From Candidatus Woesearchaeota archaeon (GTDB taxonomy: Archaea; Nanobdellota; Nanobdellia; Woesearchaeales; UBA583), in the NCBI GenBank assembly GCA_047602745.1, contig JBLKOJ010000001.1, positions 7,585 through 71,584 of the forward strand: a stretch of 64,000 nt of DNA, written 5' to 3'. The translations under genes were made by a program, and so were the position numbers. This document shows positions 18,655 through 27,832 of the stretch, piece by piece. The first letter of the stretch is position 1, and every line of letters begins with the position of its first letter. A model generated the notes under the pieces. It had not been told where the DNA came from, did not search any database, and saw only the letters and a program-made list of their open reading frames with translations.

Positions 18655-21135
18655 TTAGAAAAATTTGTTCAAACTTGTTTGTTTTTTAGACTGTACAATT
18701 TCATCAAAATTCATCTCTAAAGCGTCCAAGATTTCATCACTTACTCCTTTGAGCTGTTTTTCTATATAATGTTCATAATCATATGAATGTATTTGTGAAT
18801 TAAATAATGAAATATGTTTAGGTCCTTGAAGTGTCATTACATACTCAACTACTCTTCCATTAAATTCTTTAAGCTCACGTGCTGCTTTAACATGAGGAGG
18901 TGTAGTTTTCGTATACTCTTCAAGCGGTTTTGTAATTTTCTTACTATACACAAGTTTATCATCATACGCTTTCTCTTTTAATTTTAAAATCTCTGTATGA
19001 ATAAACTCAGAAATCTTTTTGTTATCAGCTCCATTAAAAATTAATTCCACTAATTCTTTTTGAAAGTCTTTTGCAAGTTGAGTCCAATCTCCTCGCACAT
19101 ATTCCATTCCCGTAAATTGTAAGTCTTTTTGTTCATCTCTTCCCACATATCGTTTCTTACTTGCAATAAAAAATTTATCAAACACTTTTTCAGCTTCGAT
19201 AGTTAAAAAACTCTCAACACCAAATGTTTCTTGTACCCACTCTTTAAAGTACACATTAATTGAACTCTCAACTTCTTGCATCACTTTTTTTTTATCTTCT
19301 AAACTTTTAACATTTTTTGAAGAAAATAAATTTGAACACTCAACAAATACCGAATCTGTATCTCCATAAATTACATGTAAGTTTTCCTTATCCTCTAAAA
19401 ATTCTTTTACCTTTAACAAACATTCTCTTCCAAAAGCAGTAATTGACTCCGCTAAATGTTTATTGTAGTATCGGGATTTAGGAGAAGCCATAGCACCATA
19501 AAATGAATTCATCGTAATTTTCAAAGCATGAGATTTAACACTCTCTTTTTTTCTCTTAGCTTCTTTTCTCAAATTAAATAATTCTCTAAGTATTTTTGGT
19601 AATATCCCCGTTTCTTTTTCATATACAGCACCATTTGATGAAATAATATATTTATGTGTGTCTTTATCTTTAACTAGAACAGATGTATTCGAATCAGTGG
19701 AAGAGAGTTCATAATTATATTTAAACGGATCTATATTAAATGTAATCATTAAAGAAGGATATAATGACGCAAAATCTAACACTACAATATCCTCATAAAA
19801 TCCTTGTTTGGGTTCAATAACATATGCTCCTTCAATAGGACTAGTTCCTTGAGTTGGATAATGCGTAATTGCAACTTTGCGTTGTTTGTGTAATTCTTTT
19901 AAATACATTTGATCTAACACAGCAATTGGAGATTGTAGTCTCTCAAAGAGTGTTTGTGTAATCAATGAACGCTCAAACATTAAATCCATCAACTTTATTG
20001 ATGAGATAATGTCTAAGACTAATATAGAGTCTTTATAGTTATACCAAATAAGTTTAACAGGGTTATGAATCCAATTATATTCAATAGTTTTAATTTTCTC
20101 AGATATACTAAAATCACTCTCATCACTTTCTTCTAAATCCACTTTATCATCTCCTAGCACTTCTTTTGCAACTGAGCTAAGTTTAAAACTTGAATATGTA
20201 ATATAATTTGTTTTTAATAATTGAATTCCATCAAGTACAATAATTCCTGGGAAATATAGTTGATCTTTTCCAAAGAACTCTGAAGTAACTCTCATTTTAC
20301 TCTCTCCTTGAAGAGATGAAAGTTCAAACTCTATATTATGCTCTTTAAACTTACCTTTAAGAACATTAAAATCAAAATTAATCACATTCCATCCAATAAT
20401 AAACTGAGGTTGAAATTCTTTTACCCTTCTTTGAAGCTCTAAAAGTAATTCTTTTTCATTTTCACAAACTACTACTCTAAAATTATCTTTAAACGGTCTA
20501 AATTCAAAATCATTCTTATTATGTAAATAATATAAATCATTAAACTCAAATTCCGTAATTAATAAATTTTTATCATTAATATCAGATTTAATATTTGAAA
20601 ATAATTTATCATATGTCTTAGAGTTCATCTCACTTTTGTTTAACAAAACCACATTCTTAAATTTTTTAGATAGAGAACTTAATGATATTAAATTAACTCG
20701 TTGTTTATCTACTTCTCCAATAGTTTCAATATCTAAACTAATAACTCTACATTTACTCACATCAAGAGAACTCTCAATGTTTTCATTAGACTCAATCAAA
20801 TAGTAATCAATTTCAGAGATATCAAACTCAAATGTTTGAAGAGAATATAATTTTATGAGCTCATACAACTGCTCTTTTGCCTCAATTGAAAGAGGAGTTA
20901 TTTTAAGTATTTCTTCTTTAAATAATGAAGTATATGTTTGTTTATAATTAATTGAAAATAGCTTTGAAATATCTTGATTTTCATATAATGAATTAAAGTC
21001 TTCAAGTTTTAGAAAAATAGGTTTAAAAAATACACAAGTTTGAGTTTGAGTAATAAAATTTGAATCAATATAATATCTTGTAAGTTGGTGAGATTCTTTA
21101 TTAAAATCAATGTGAAAAAGAAATGGTTTATTCAT
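18655..21135 (-). CDS. polB: Family B DNA polymerase
   Basis: Motif A DFASLYPSLMITFNI, motif C YGDTDS, KKRY motif and exonuclease-region motifs. 826 aa. Confidence 0.9.
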   Translation of the reverse strand: MNKPFLFHIDFNKESHQLTRYYIDSNFITQTQTCVFFKPIFLKLEDFNSLYENQDISKLFSINYKQTYTSLFKEEILKITPLSIEAKEQLYELIKLYSLQTFEFDISEIDYYLIESNENIESSLDVSKCRVISLDIETIGEVDKQRVNLISLSSLSKKFKNVVLLNKSEMNSKTYDKLFSNIKSDINDKNLLITEFEFNDLYYLHNKNDFEFRPFKDNFRVVVCENEKELLLELQRRVKEFQPQFIIGWNVINFDFNVLKGKFKEHNIEFELSSLQGESKMRVTSEFFGKDQLYFPGIIVLDGIQLLKTNYITYSSFKLSSVAKEVLGDDKVDLEESDESDFSISEKIKTIEYNWIHNPVKLIWYNYKDSILVLDIISSIKLMDLMFERSLITQTLFERLQSPIAVLDQMYLKELHKQRKVAITHYPTQGTSPIEGAYVIEPKQGFYEDIVVLDFASLYPSLMITFNIDPFKYNYELSSTDSNTSVLVKDKDTHKYIISSNGAVYEKETGILPKILRELFNLRKEAKRKKESVKSHALKITMNSFYGAMASPKSRYYNKHLAESITAFGRECLLKVKEFLEDKENLHVIYGDTDSVFVECSNLFSSKNVKSLEDKKKVMQEVESSINVYFKEWVQETFGVESFLTIEAEKVFDKFFIASKKRYVGRDEQKDLQFTGMEYVRGDWTQLAKDFQKELVELIFNGADNKKISEFIHTEILKLKEKAYDDKLVYSKKITKPLEEYTKTTPPHVKAARELKEFNGRVVEYVMTLQGPKHISLFNSQIHSYDYEHYIEKQLKGVSDEILDALEMNFDEIVQSKKQTSLNKFF

Positions 21136-21734
21136 ACAACAATCAATAACAATAATATAATATTTATATACTTACGTATTACAAGAAATTTTTTGAATTC
21201 ATTACATAAAATATAGTCAATATTCGTTGTAAAGTTCTTCAAATAATCATTGAAATACATTAGAAAATACGAGAAAAAATGTGATAAAAAAATCTACTTA
21301 ATTAAAAAATGGTTTTATCATCCAACATTCATATTCTTCAATTTTAAAGAATAATTTCAAATTAAAAATTAAATTTATAGTTTAAAATAAATAAAAATAT
21401 TAATTTAAATAATAATTAAATTTAAATTTAAAAATTATTTTTTAAAATAAATAGAAATAAATAAAAACATTTTAAAAAAATATATCTATTATTTAATATT
21501 AATAAAATAAAATAAATCAGTATAAATAAATATTTTTAAATAAATACAAATATATATATTAATTTAATTTTTACTAATTATTTGAAAAATCAAAAATTAA
21601 TACTATATAATTAAAAGTATTCTAAAATAAAATTATCAAAAATCAAGGAGAAAAAAAAGAAAAAAAATTCTAAAATCAATCATACTTTTTAATAAAAAAT
21701 ATATTTATAAACACTATATTAATGTACAATATAA
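21136..21734. promoter_or_regulatory. Extremely AT-rich, low-complexity divergent intergenic region (AAATAAATA-type repeats) between polB and the DUF1704 gene
   Basis: About 600 bp; over 90% A+T across 21340-21720 with short AT tandem repeats. Confidence 0.3.
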
Positions 21735-22865
21735 ATGATAATTTCACAAATTACAGAAGAAAAATATTTACAAGAATGTAGAGAAATTGAAGAAAAATTT
21801 AAAGAAATTATCTCACGAGTGAATTTATCTTATCCTAAACCACTTAATTCTAAAGAAGAGCGTAAAAAATTCTTCAAAAAGCTTAAAGAAGGTAAAGTGT
21901 ATAACCCACAGTTCAAATATGAATTTAAACATGTTCCTGAAAAAGTAATTTTAGAATTGAAAGAATTTAAAGAAAAAATTCCTCTTAAAAATGATTATTA
22001 TGCCTTTAAACGACTCTTAAAACAAAAAGTACAAGAAGATATTTTACTACTTGAGTGCTATAAAACATGGGGGTCTCCTCTTTCAAGTCATTTTAATAAG
22101 CAATTATTTCAAACACCCTCACAACTTCTGCTTATTAAAGCAAAACTTTATTGTAGAAACTTCAAAAGAGAAAAAGTAAGATTTAAACGAATTGATAATA
22201 AAAAACTTGGAAAAGAACTTCAAAGAGAAGTTAAACGTCTAACAGGAGATAAACTCAAAGTTGTTCACAAAAAACTAGCAAATAAAATGAATATTATGGC
22301 TCGTCTTAAAACTGTTGAGATTAATCCCAGTGAGAGCTTTACAAGTTTAGACTTAAAACGGCTTAAAATTCATGAAATTGGAGTTCATTATATGAGATAT
22401 TACAATGCTAAACAACTTGCTCCTTTAGAACTCTTTCAAAGAGGTACTGATCATTATATTGCAACAGAAGAAGGTCTTGCAGTATATAGTGAAGAAAGGG
22501 CCAGAGTTCTCTCAAAAGCTCAAATGTATATTTATGCCGGAAGAGTTCTTGCAACCTATTATTCACAAAAAATGGACTTTTACACTCTTTATCATTACCT
22601 TAGAAAATTTAATTTTAAAGAGAATGATGCATTCTCACTTGCACTTAGAGCTAAAAGAAATATCTGTGATACTTCTCTAGAAGGGGGATACTCTAAAGAT
22701 TATATATATTTCAAAGGATATTATGATGTAAAAGCATTTGCAAAAAAACATAATATTAAACATCTCTTCTTTGGAAAATTCAAAATTGAAGATTATAAAT
22801 ATATAAAACCTTATATCCTTAAAGTTGAAGAACAAATTAAAACTATCTTTGATGAGGAATATTAA
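21735..22865 (+). CDS. DUF1704-family (QEGLA-motif, MATCAP-like) putative metallocarboxypeptidase
   Basis: HEIGVH (HExxH) motif with EEGLAVY downstream (the QEGLA-like motif of DUF1704). About 375 aa. Confidence 0.5.
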   Translation: MIISQITEEKYLQECREIEEKFKEIISRVNLSYPKPLNSKEERKKFFKKLKEGKVYNPQFKYEFKHVPEKVILELKEFKEKIPLKNDYYAFKRLLKQKVQEDILLLECYKTWGSPLSSHFNKQLFQTPSQLLLIKAKLYCRNFKREKVRFKRIDNKKLGKELQREVKRLTGDKLKVVHKKLANKMNIMARLKTVEINPSESFTSLDLKRLKIHEIGVHYMRYYNAKQLAPLELFQRGTDHYIATEEGLAVYSEERARVLSKAQMYIYAGRVLATYYSQKMDFYTLYHYLRKFNFKENDAFSLALRAKRNICDTSLEGGYSKDYIYFKGYYDVKAFAKKHNIKHLFFGKFKIEDYKYIKPYILKVEEQIKTIFDEEY

Positions 22866-22875
22866 GTTACATCTT

Positions 22876-24123
22876 TTACTCATATATATCTTGAATTGTA
22901 AGAGGAAAATTTAATTCTACTATCTTTTTTCCAAGAACTATTACTTTTTGTTGACTCAATATAATTCCATAGTGTTCAAAGACTCTACCTTTTCTAATGC
23001 AATATTGTAAGAACTGCCTAGAATTAGAGAATCGAGTCTGTAAAACTGAGCGCTCAAAATCAATAAAAAAAACTTCATTCAAATTATGTAAATTAATAAA
23101 AATATGTTCTTGAGGATGCGTCATTTCGTCTTTTGAAATGCCTTTGATATCTAAATCATAACATATCTCAAAAACTCTATTCAAAACGCTCTCTAATTCC
23201 TTTAATGACTTATATTTATTGTGATATGAGTTGATAAATTCTTCAATTTGAATTCCATTTATCTTTTCATACATAACAAATCCACTTTGAGAATCAATAT
23301 CAATAGTACTCTCAACAATTTTTGGAGCATACAAAGTATCTTGAAGTTTTTGCAAAAAAAATATCTCTTTTTCAATATGTTGCTTTTTACCAAATTTAAT
23401 CATTACTTTTTTTTTAGTTTGAAGATGTTGAGCTTGCAGAATATGAGAGTGCCTTCCTCTATCAAATCTTAATATGTTTGAATATGAATTTTCAAAGATA
23501 TGTTGTAATACTAACGCAGGTTGCACCTTATATATTAATAACTCTTCAAAAAAGTGATTTTGTGTTGCTATTAATTCAAATTCTAATCCATTTCCTACTA
23601 TACAATCCTCCACAACATTTGGTTGAGTAAGAGATGAGATAAGTATGTAAATTTGAGTCTGAGAATGAATATAATTATGTGAAGAGTCTAAAAATTGATT
23701 TGTCACTTCAAATCCTGCTTTTCCACCATATAAAGCCTTATCTTCAATACAGAGCTTATCAAATCTATCTCCATCTTCACAAGGTAAGTACGGAGTATTA
23801 AAAATAATACTGTCAAATACTTCTTGTTCAAAAGGTTCTAAAAATGAACCAACTTTTGCAGTAATTGAGATATTTTTTTGCTTAGCAAGTCTAAGAGTAT
23901 CCTCAACTGCTTTTGGGTTTATATCAGTTGCATATGCTTCAATTTCATTTGAAAATTCTTCTTTTAATGTTGTAATAATCTCTCCACTCCCACACCCCAC
24001 CTCGCAAATTTTTAAGGGTAAGTTTGAGAAATTAGTTTGGAGTTGTTGTTTGAGATGCTCTTTAGTGGTTTGAAGGAGGAGATATGTATCTTCAGCAGGC
24101 TGATATGTCATACTTTTGATCAA
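22876..24123 (-). CDS. HemK/Mtq2-like SAM methyltransferase fused to a C-terminal Bud32/RIO-like (possibly pseudo-)kinase domain
   Basis: N-terminal half has VGCGSGEI (motif I) and FNTPYLP (NPPY-type motif IV). C-terminal half has VMIKFGKK (VAIK-like lysine), FVMYEKINGIQI (hinge) and FFIDFERS (DFG-like). The HxD catalytic loop looks degenerate. Confidence 0.5.
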   Translation of the reverse strand: MIKSMTYQPAEDTYLLLQTTKEHLKQQLQTNFSNLPLKICEVGCGSGEIITTLKEEFSNEIEAYATDINPKAVEDTLRLAKQKNISITAKVGSFLEPFEQEVFDSIIFNTPYLPCEDGDRFDKLCIEDKALYGGKAGFEVTNQFLDSSHNYIHSQTQIYILISSLTQPNVVEDCIVGNGLEFELIATQNHFFEELLIYKVQPALVLQHIFENSYSNILRFDRGRHSHILQAQHLQTKKKVMIKFGKKQHIEKEIFFLQKLQDTLYAPKIVESTIDIDSQSGFVMYEKINGIQIEEFINSYHNKYKSLKELESVLNRVFEICYDLDIKGISKDEMTHPQEHIFINLHNLNEVFFIDFERSVLQTRFSNSRQFLQYCIRKGRVFEHYGIILSQQKVIVLGKKIVELNFPLTIQDIYE

Positions 24124-24183
24124 TATTTCAATATTTATAAAGTATATCGTAAAATTTTTAAATTGTTAACTTCTGCAAATACA

Positions 24184-24609
24184 ATGACTCAATTAACTCA
24201 AGTAGAAGAATTTAGAAAACTAGCATTTGATAGAATAGGAGCAATTTTAAAAAGTAAAGGAATTGAAAATACTCTTTTAAGAGCCCAATTAAGTAGAGAT
24301 TTTATTGATGTACTTAGTTTGTTAGAAGAACCCTCAAGAACTCCTCTAAATGATTTTGCAAATGATCAAATATCCATAACTCAATTAAGAGATGGCTCAT
24401 ATTTTTGGGGAGGAGTTTTTTGTGATAGACTTAGAAAAAGTCAACTAACGCCCCAACATTTTTCAGGAACTTTAAGTTTAGCATATTCTCAAATACCTCA
24501 ATTGTATGGTGGACTTGTAGATAAAACAGATGATATTTTAGAAGCATTTTATAGAGCACATAAAAGTTTAGATGAACCTGAAAGAGGAGTAATAAGATTA
24601 TTTAATTAA
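24184..24609 (+). CDS. Hypothetical protein (about 140 aa)
   Basis: ORF on the plus strand. I take the start at the internal ATG (24184) to avoid overlap with the convergent gene. Confidence 0.3.
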   Translation: MTQLTQVEEFRKLAFDRIGAILKSKGIENTLLRAQLSRDFIDVLSLLEEPSRTPLNDFANDQISITQLRDGSYFWGGVFCDRLRKSQLTPQHFSGTLSLAYSQIPQLYGGLVDKTDDILEAFYRAHKSLDEPERGVIRLFN

Positions 24610-24694
24610 TATGAATATTTGAGTAATAATCTTAACTTGATTCTTTATAAATATATACTCTTGTATGATAATTTCTGAAAATTATTTTAAATAT

Positions 24695-25519
24695 TTATGT
24701 TTTATATATATCAAATAAGAAAGAATTAAATGATACTTCATCCCCTTTAATATAAGATAAGGAAATTTCTCTTTTTAAGTGTGAAATATCTTTTTGATTT
24801 GCATATTTTTTAAAAATACTCAGCCTTTTCTCAAAACTAATTTTAGATAATTCTTGATGTAAGGTAGATAAATCATTAAAAGTAAAGTTAAGTATTAATA
24901 TTTTTAAAACATATAACCAAGCTCTATAGTAGTTTTTCTCAGAATTGGGAACCCCTGAGTTAGTTTCTCCATATAAAGTTATAGTCGCTTCATTTTTTAC
25001 ATTATTGATAAAAACTGTAAGTTGTACTAATGTAGATTGAAGAGGATAATATAATACTTCTCCCAATAAGGTTAATATCTCATCATTCATAGTCTCAGAG
25101 TGTATTTTATTTCTAAAAAAATGAATAAATTCATGAAAGAAAAAAGCTTCTAATACCAATGGGTTTGTAGAGATTTCATTCTGGCAGATATCAGTATCTA
25201 CTAAAATTATAGGATGAGAATCATTGTCTAAAGCAAATCTACCTAAACCTTCTTGAATCACAAACTTAAAAGGAATATTACTATCTATATTAAAACATTT
25301 ATCAATATTAGTAAGAACTCTCCTAATTAATTCTACTAATTTATATAAAAATTGAGTTGATAAACTCATATTTCTAATCAATGAAAAAACGTAGATTCTA
25401 TTACTGTCAGAGAATAAAATATTATCTGTTATAATTTTATTCTTAACCAAGTCAATATTATATTTACTTAGATAAATAATATACTTATCTTCTTCATCTT
25501 TATTAATTAAAGTTATCAT
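24695..25519 (-). CDS. Hypothetical protein with an HExxH motif (FFFHEFIHFF), directly downstream of gyrB
   Basis: 274 aa with a zinc-metallopeptidase-like motif. The start abuts the gyrB stop. Confidence 0.4.
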   Translation of the reverse strand: MITLINKDEEDKYIIYLSKYNIDLVKNKIITDNILFSDSNRIYVFSLIRNMSLSTQFLYKLVELIRRVLTNIDKCFNIDSNIPFKFVIQEGLGRFALDNDSHPIILVDTDICQNEISTNPLVLEAFFFHEFIHFFRNKIHSETMNDEILTLLGEVLYYPLQSTLVQLTVFINNVKNEATITLYGETNSGVPNSEKNYYRAWLYVLKILILNFTFNDLSTLHQELSKISFEKRLSIFKKYANQKDISHLKREISLSYIKGDEVSFNSFLFDIYKT

Positions 25520-27417
25520 TATATATCTAATTCATCTACAAATTTAGCATTTTCAATAATAAAATCTTTTCTTGGTTCAACTTTATCTCCCATTAACATA
25601 GAGAAAATCTCATCTGCTTCAATAGCATCATCAATAGTTACTTTTTTCAAATGTCTTGTTTGAGGATCTAGTGTAGTCTCCCATAATTGATCAGGATTCA
25701 TCTCTCCTAAACCTTTATATCTTTGAATTTCAAATTTCTCATTTGAATGAGTAGTTCTATATTGTGTAAGTTGGTCTTCATCTTGAATCCAAATTTTCTT
25801 TTGCCCTTTTTTAATTCCATACAATGGAGGCATTGCAATATACACGTGACCTTTTAAAATTAATTCTCTGAAGTGTCTAAATAGTAATGTTAAAATTAAT
25901 GTTGCAATGTGAGAACCATCAATATCAGCATCCGCCATGATAATTACTTTGTGATATCTCAACTTCTCATAATCTACTTGTTCTCCAAATCCCATGCCTA
26001 GAGCAGTAATTAATGTTTTAATTTCTTCATTTTCAAGCATTTTTACTAGTCGTGCTTTTTCAACATTAAGCGGTTTTCCTCTAAGTGGTAAAATTGCTTG
26101 AGTCATTCTATCTCTTCCTTGTTTTGCTGAACCCCCCGCCGAGTCTCCCTCTACAATAAATAATTCAGCTTCTTTAGGGTCTCTAATTGAGCAATCAGCA
26201 AGTTTTCCTGGCATTGATGAAAAGTCCAAAGCTGATTTTCTTCTCACTAAATCTCTTGCTTTTTTAGCAGCTTCTCTTGCTTTATTTGCACTTAGTGATT
26301 TTTCAATAATTGCTTGAGCGGCTTTAGGATTCTCATCTAAATACATATAAATTTTTTCAAAAAAGACTTGTTGCACAATTCCTTGGACTTCAGGATTTCC
26401 AAGTTTATCTTTAGTTTGTCCTTCAAATTGTGGCTCTGGAACTCTCACTGAAACAATTGCAGTGATTCCCTCTCTCACATCTTCTCCTGTAAGTGCTACT
26501 TTTTTATCCGCAGCTTTTCCATTGACATTGAGATAATCTTTAATTGCTTTAGTAATTGAGAGTTTAAATCCACTAATATGTGTCCCACCACCTGGTGTTG
26601 TTACGTTATTTACAAATCCTTCAATAACTTCATTAAATGAGTTTGTATAAGTAAGTGCGATATCTACTTCTACATCATCTTTTTCACCAGTTACAAAAAT
26701 AGTATCTTTAATAATTTTCTTGGAATTTTGAGTAATTTCATCTACATATTGAGCAATTCCTCCTTCAAAATGAAATACTTCTTCAATCATTTCTTCGGGT
26801 CGTTCATCTCTAAAAATAATTGTGACATTAGGATTTAAGAATGCAAATTCTCTGTACTTTTTACGCATAGTTTTATAATCATATTCAATAGTTTGAAAAA
26901 TAGTATCATCTGCTAAAAATGTTACTCTTGTACCCGTTTGTTTAGTGAGTCCAATTTCTTGCAATCCTTTTCTTGCTTTTTGATTTTCAAACTCAAGCAA
27001 ATATTCTTTTCCATTTTTATGAATCTCAACTTTCATCCATTTTGATAGAGCATTTACTACACTTGAACCTACTCCGTGAAGACCTCCTGAAACTTTATAT
27101 GAACCTTTATCAAACTTACCTCCTGCATGAAGAACTGTAAAAATAATTTCTGCAGCTGACTTTCCTTTGGAGTGTGCATCAACTGGAACACCTCTTCCAT
27201 TATCTCCAACACTTACAGAATTATCTTTGTGGATAGTAATATCAATTTTATCACAGTGTCCCGCTAAAGCTTCATCCATTGCATTATCTACCAACTCTTT
27301 TACTAAATGATGAAGACCATTAATTCCTGTCCCTCCAATATACATTCCAGGTCTTTTCCTCACTGCTTCAAGACCTTCTAAAACTTTAATATTTTTTGCT
27401 CCATAATCCTCTGACAT
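25519..27417 (-). CDS. gyrB: DNA gyrase subunit B
   Basis: Full GHKL ATPase and TOPRIM motifs (LHAGGKFD, GLHGVGSSVVNALS, EGDSAGGSAKQGRDR, PLRGKPLNVEKA, DADIDGSHI). 632 aa. Confidence 0.92.
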   Translation of the reverse strand: MSEDYGAKNIKVLEGLEAVRKRPGMYIGGTGINGLHHLVKELVDNAMDEALAGHCDKIDITIHKDNSVSVGDNGRGVPVDAHSKGKSAAEIIFTVLHAGGKFDKGSYKVSGGLHGVGSSVVNALSKWMKVEIHKNGKEYLLEFENQKARKGLQEIGLTKQTGTRVTFLADDTIFQTIEYDYKTMRKKYREFAFLNPNVTIIFRDERPEEMIEEVFHFEGGIAQYVDEITQNSKKIIKDTIFVTGEKDDVEVDIALTYTNSFNEVIEGFVNNVTTPGGGTHISGFKLSITKAIKDYLNVNGKAADKKVALTGEDVREGITAIVSVRVPEPQFEGQTKDKLGNPEVQGIVQQVFFEKIYMYLDENPKAAQAIIEKSLSANKAREAAKKARDLVRRKSALDFSSMPGKLADCSIRDPKEAELFIVEGDSAGGSAKQGRDRMTQAILPLRGKPLNVEKARLVKMLENEEIKTLITALGMGFGEQVDYEKLRYHKVIIMADADIDGSHIATLILTLLFRHFRELILKGHVYIAMPPLYGIKKGQKKIWIQDEDQLTQYRTTHSNEKFEIQRYKGLGEMNPDQLWETTLDPQTRHLKKVTIDDAIEADEIFSMLMGDKVEPRKDFIIENAKFVDELDI

Positions 27418-27500
27418 ACTTAGAAATCTTATTTTTTACATTTAAATCTTTGTCACTAAGAGAAGAAAATACACAAATTTCATCATTAAAAAACAATAAA

Positions 27501-27830
27501 TTATTCTAAATTTAATCTTAATCCTAAATCATGCCTTCGAAATCCTAAAGATTCATACAAGCTTAATGCATGAGAGTTCTTTTCTCTAACTCCTAGAACC
27601 ACTTTGTAACAGTTCTCTTCTTTTGCAATTTTTAAAAGTTTCTCCATTACTTTTCGTCCATAACCGCCTCTTCTACTTTCTTGTGCTACATATACATCTT
27701 CAATAAAACCAAATGGTCTTGGGTTTTTATTTTTTAATACATAAAGTGTACCTCTTGCTATTTCGTTATTGTTATAGTCAAGCTCTTTGACTAAAATTCC
27801 TTTAATTCCAATTATATTTTCTAATCTCAT
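27501..27830 (-). CDS. GNAT-family N-acetyltransferase
   Basis: Q/RxxGxG/A acetyl-CoA motif (RRGGYGRKVMEKLL), 109 aa. Confidence 0.7.
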   Translation of the reverse strand: MRLENIIGIKGILVKELDYNNNEIARGTLYVLKNKNPRPFGFIEDVYVAQESRRGGYGRKVMEKLLKIAKEENCYKVVLGVREKNSHALSLYESLGFRRHDLGLRLNLE

Positions 27831-27832
27831 TT

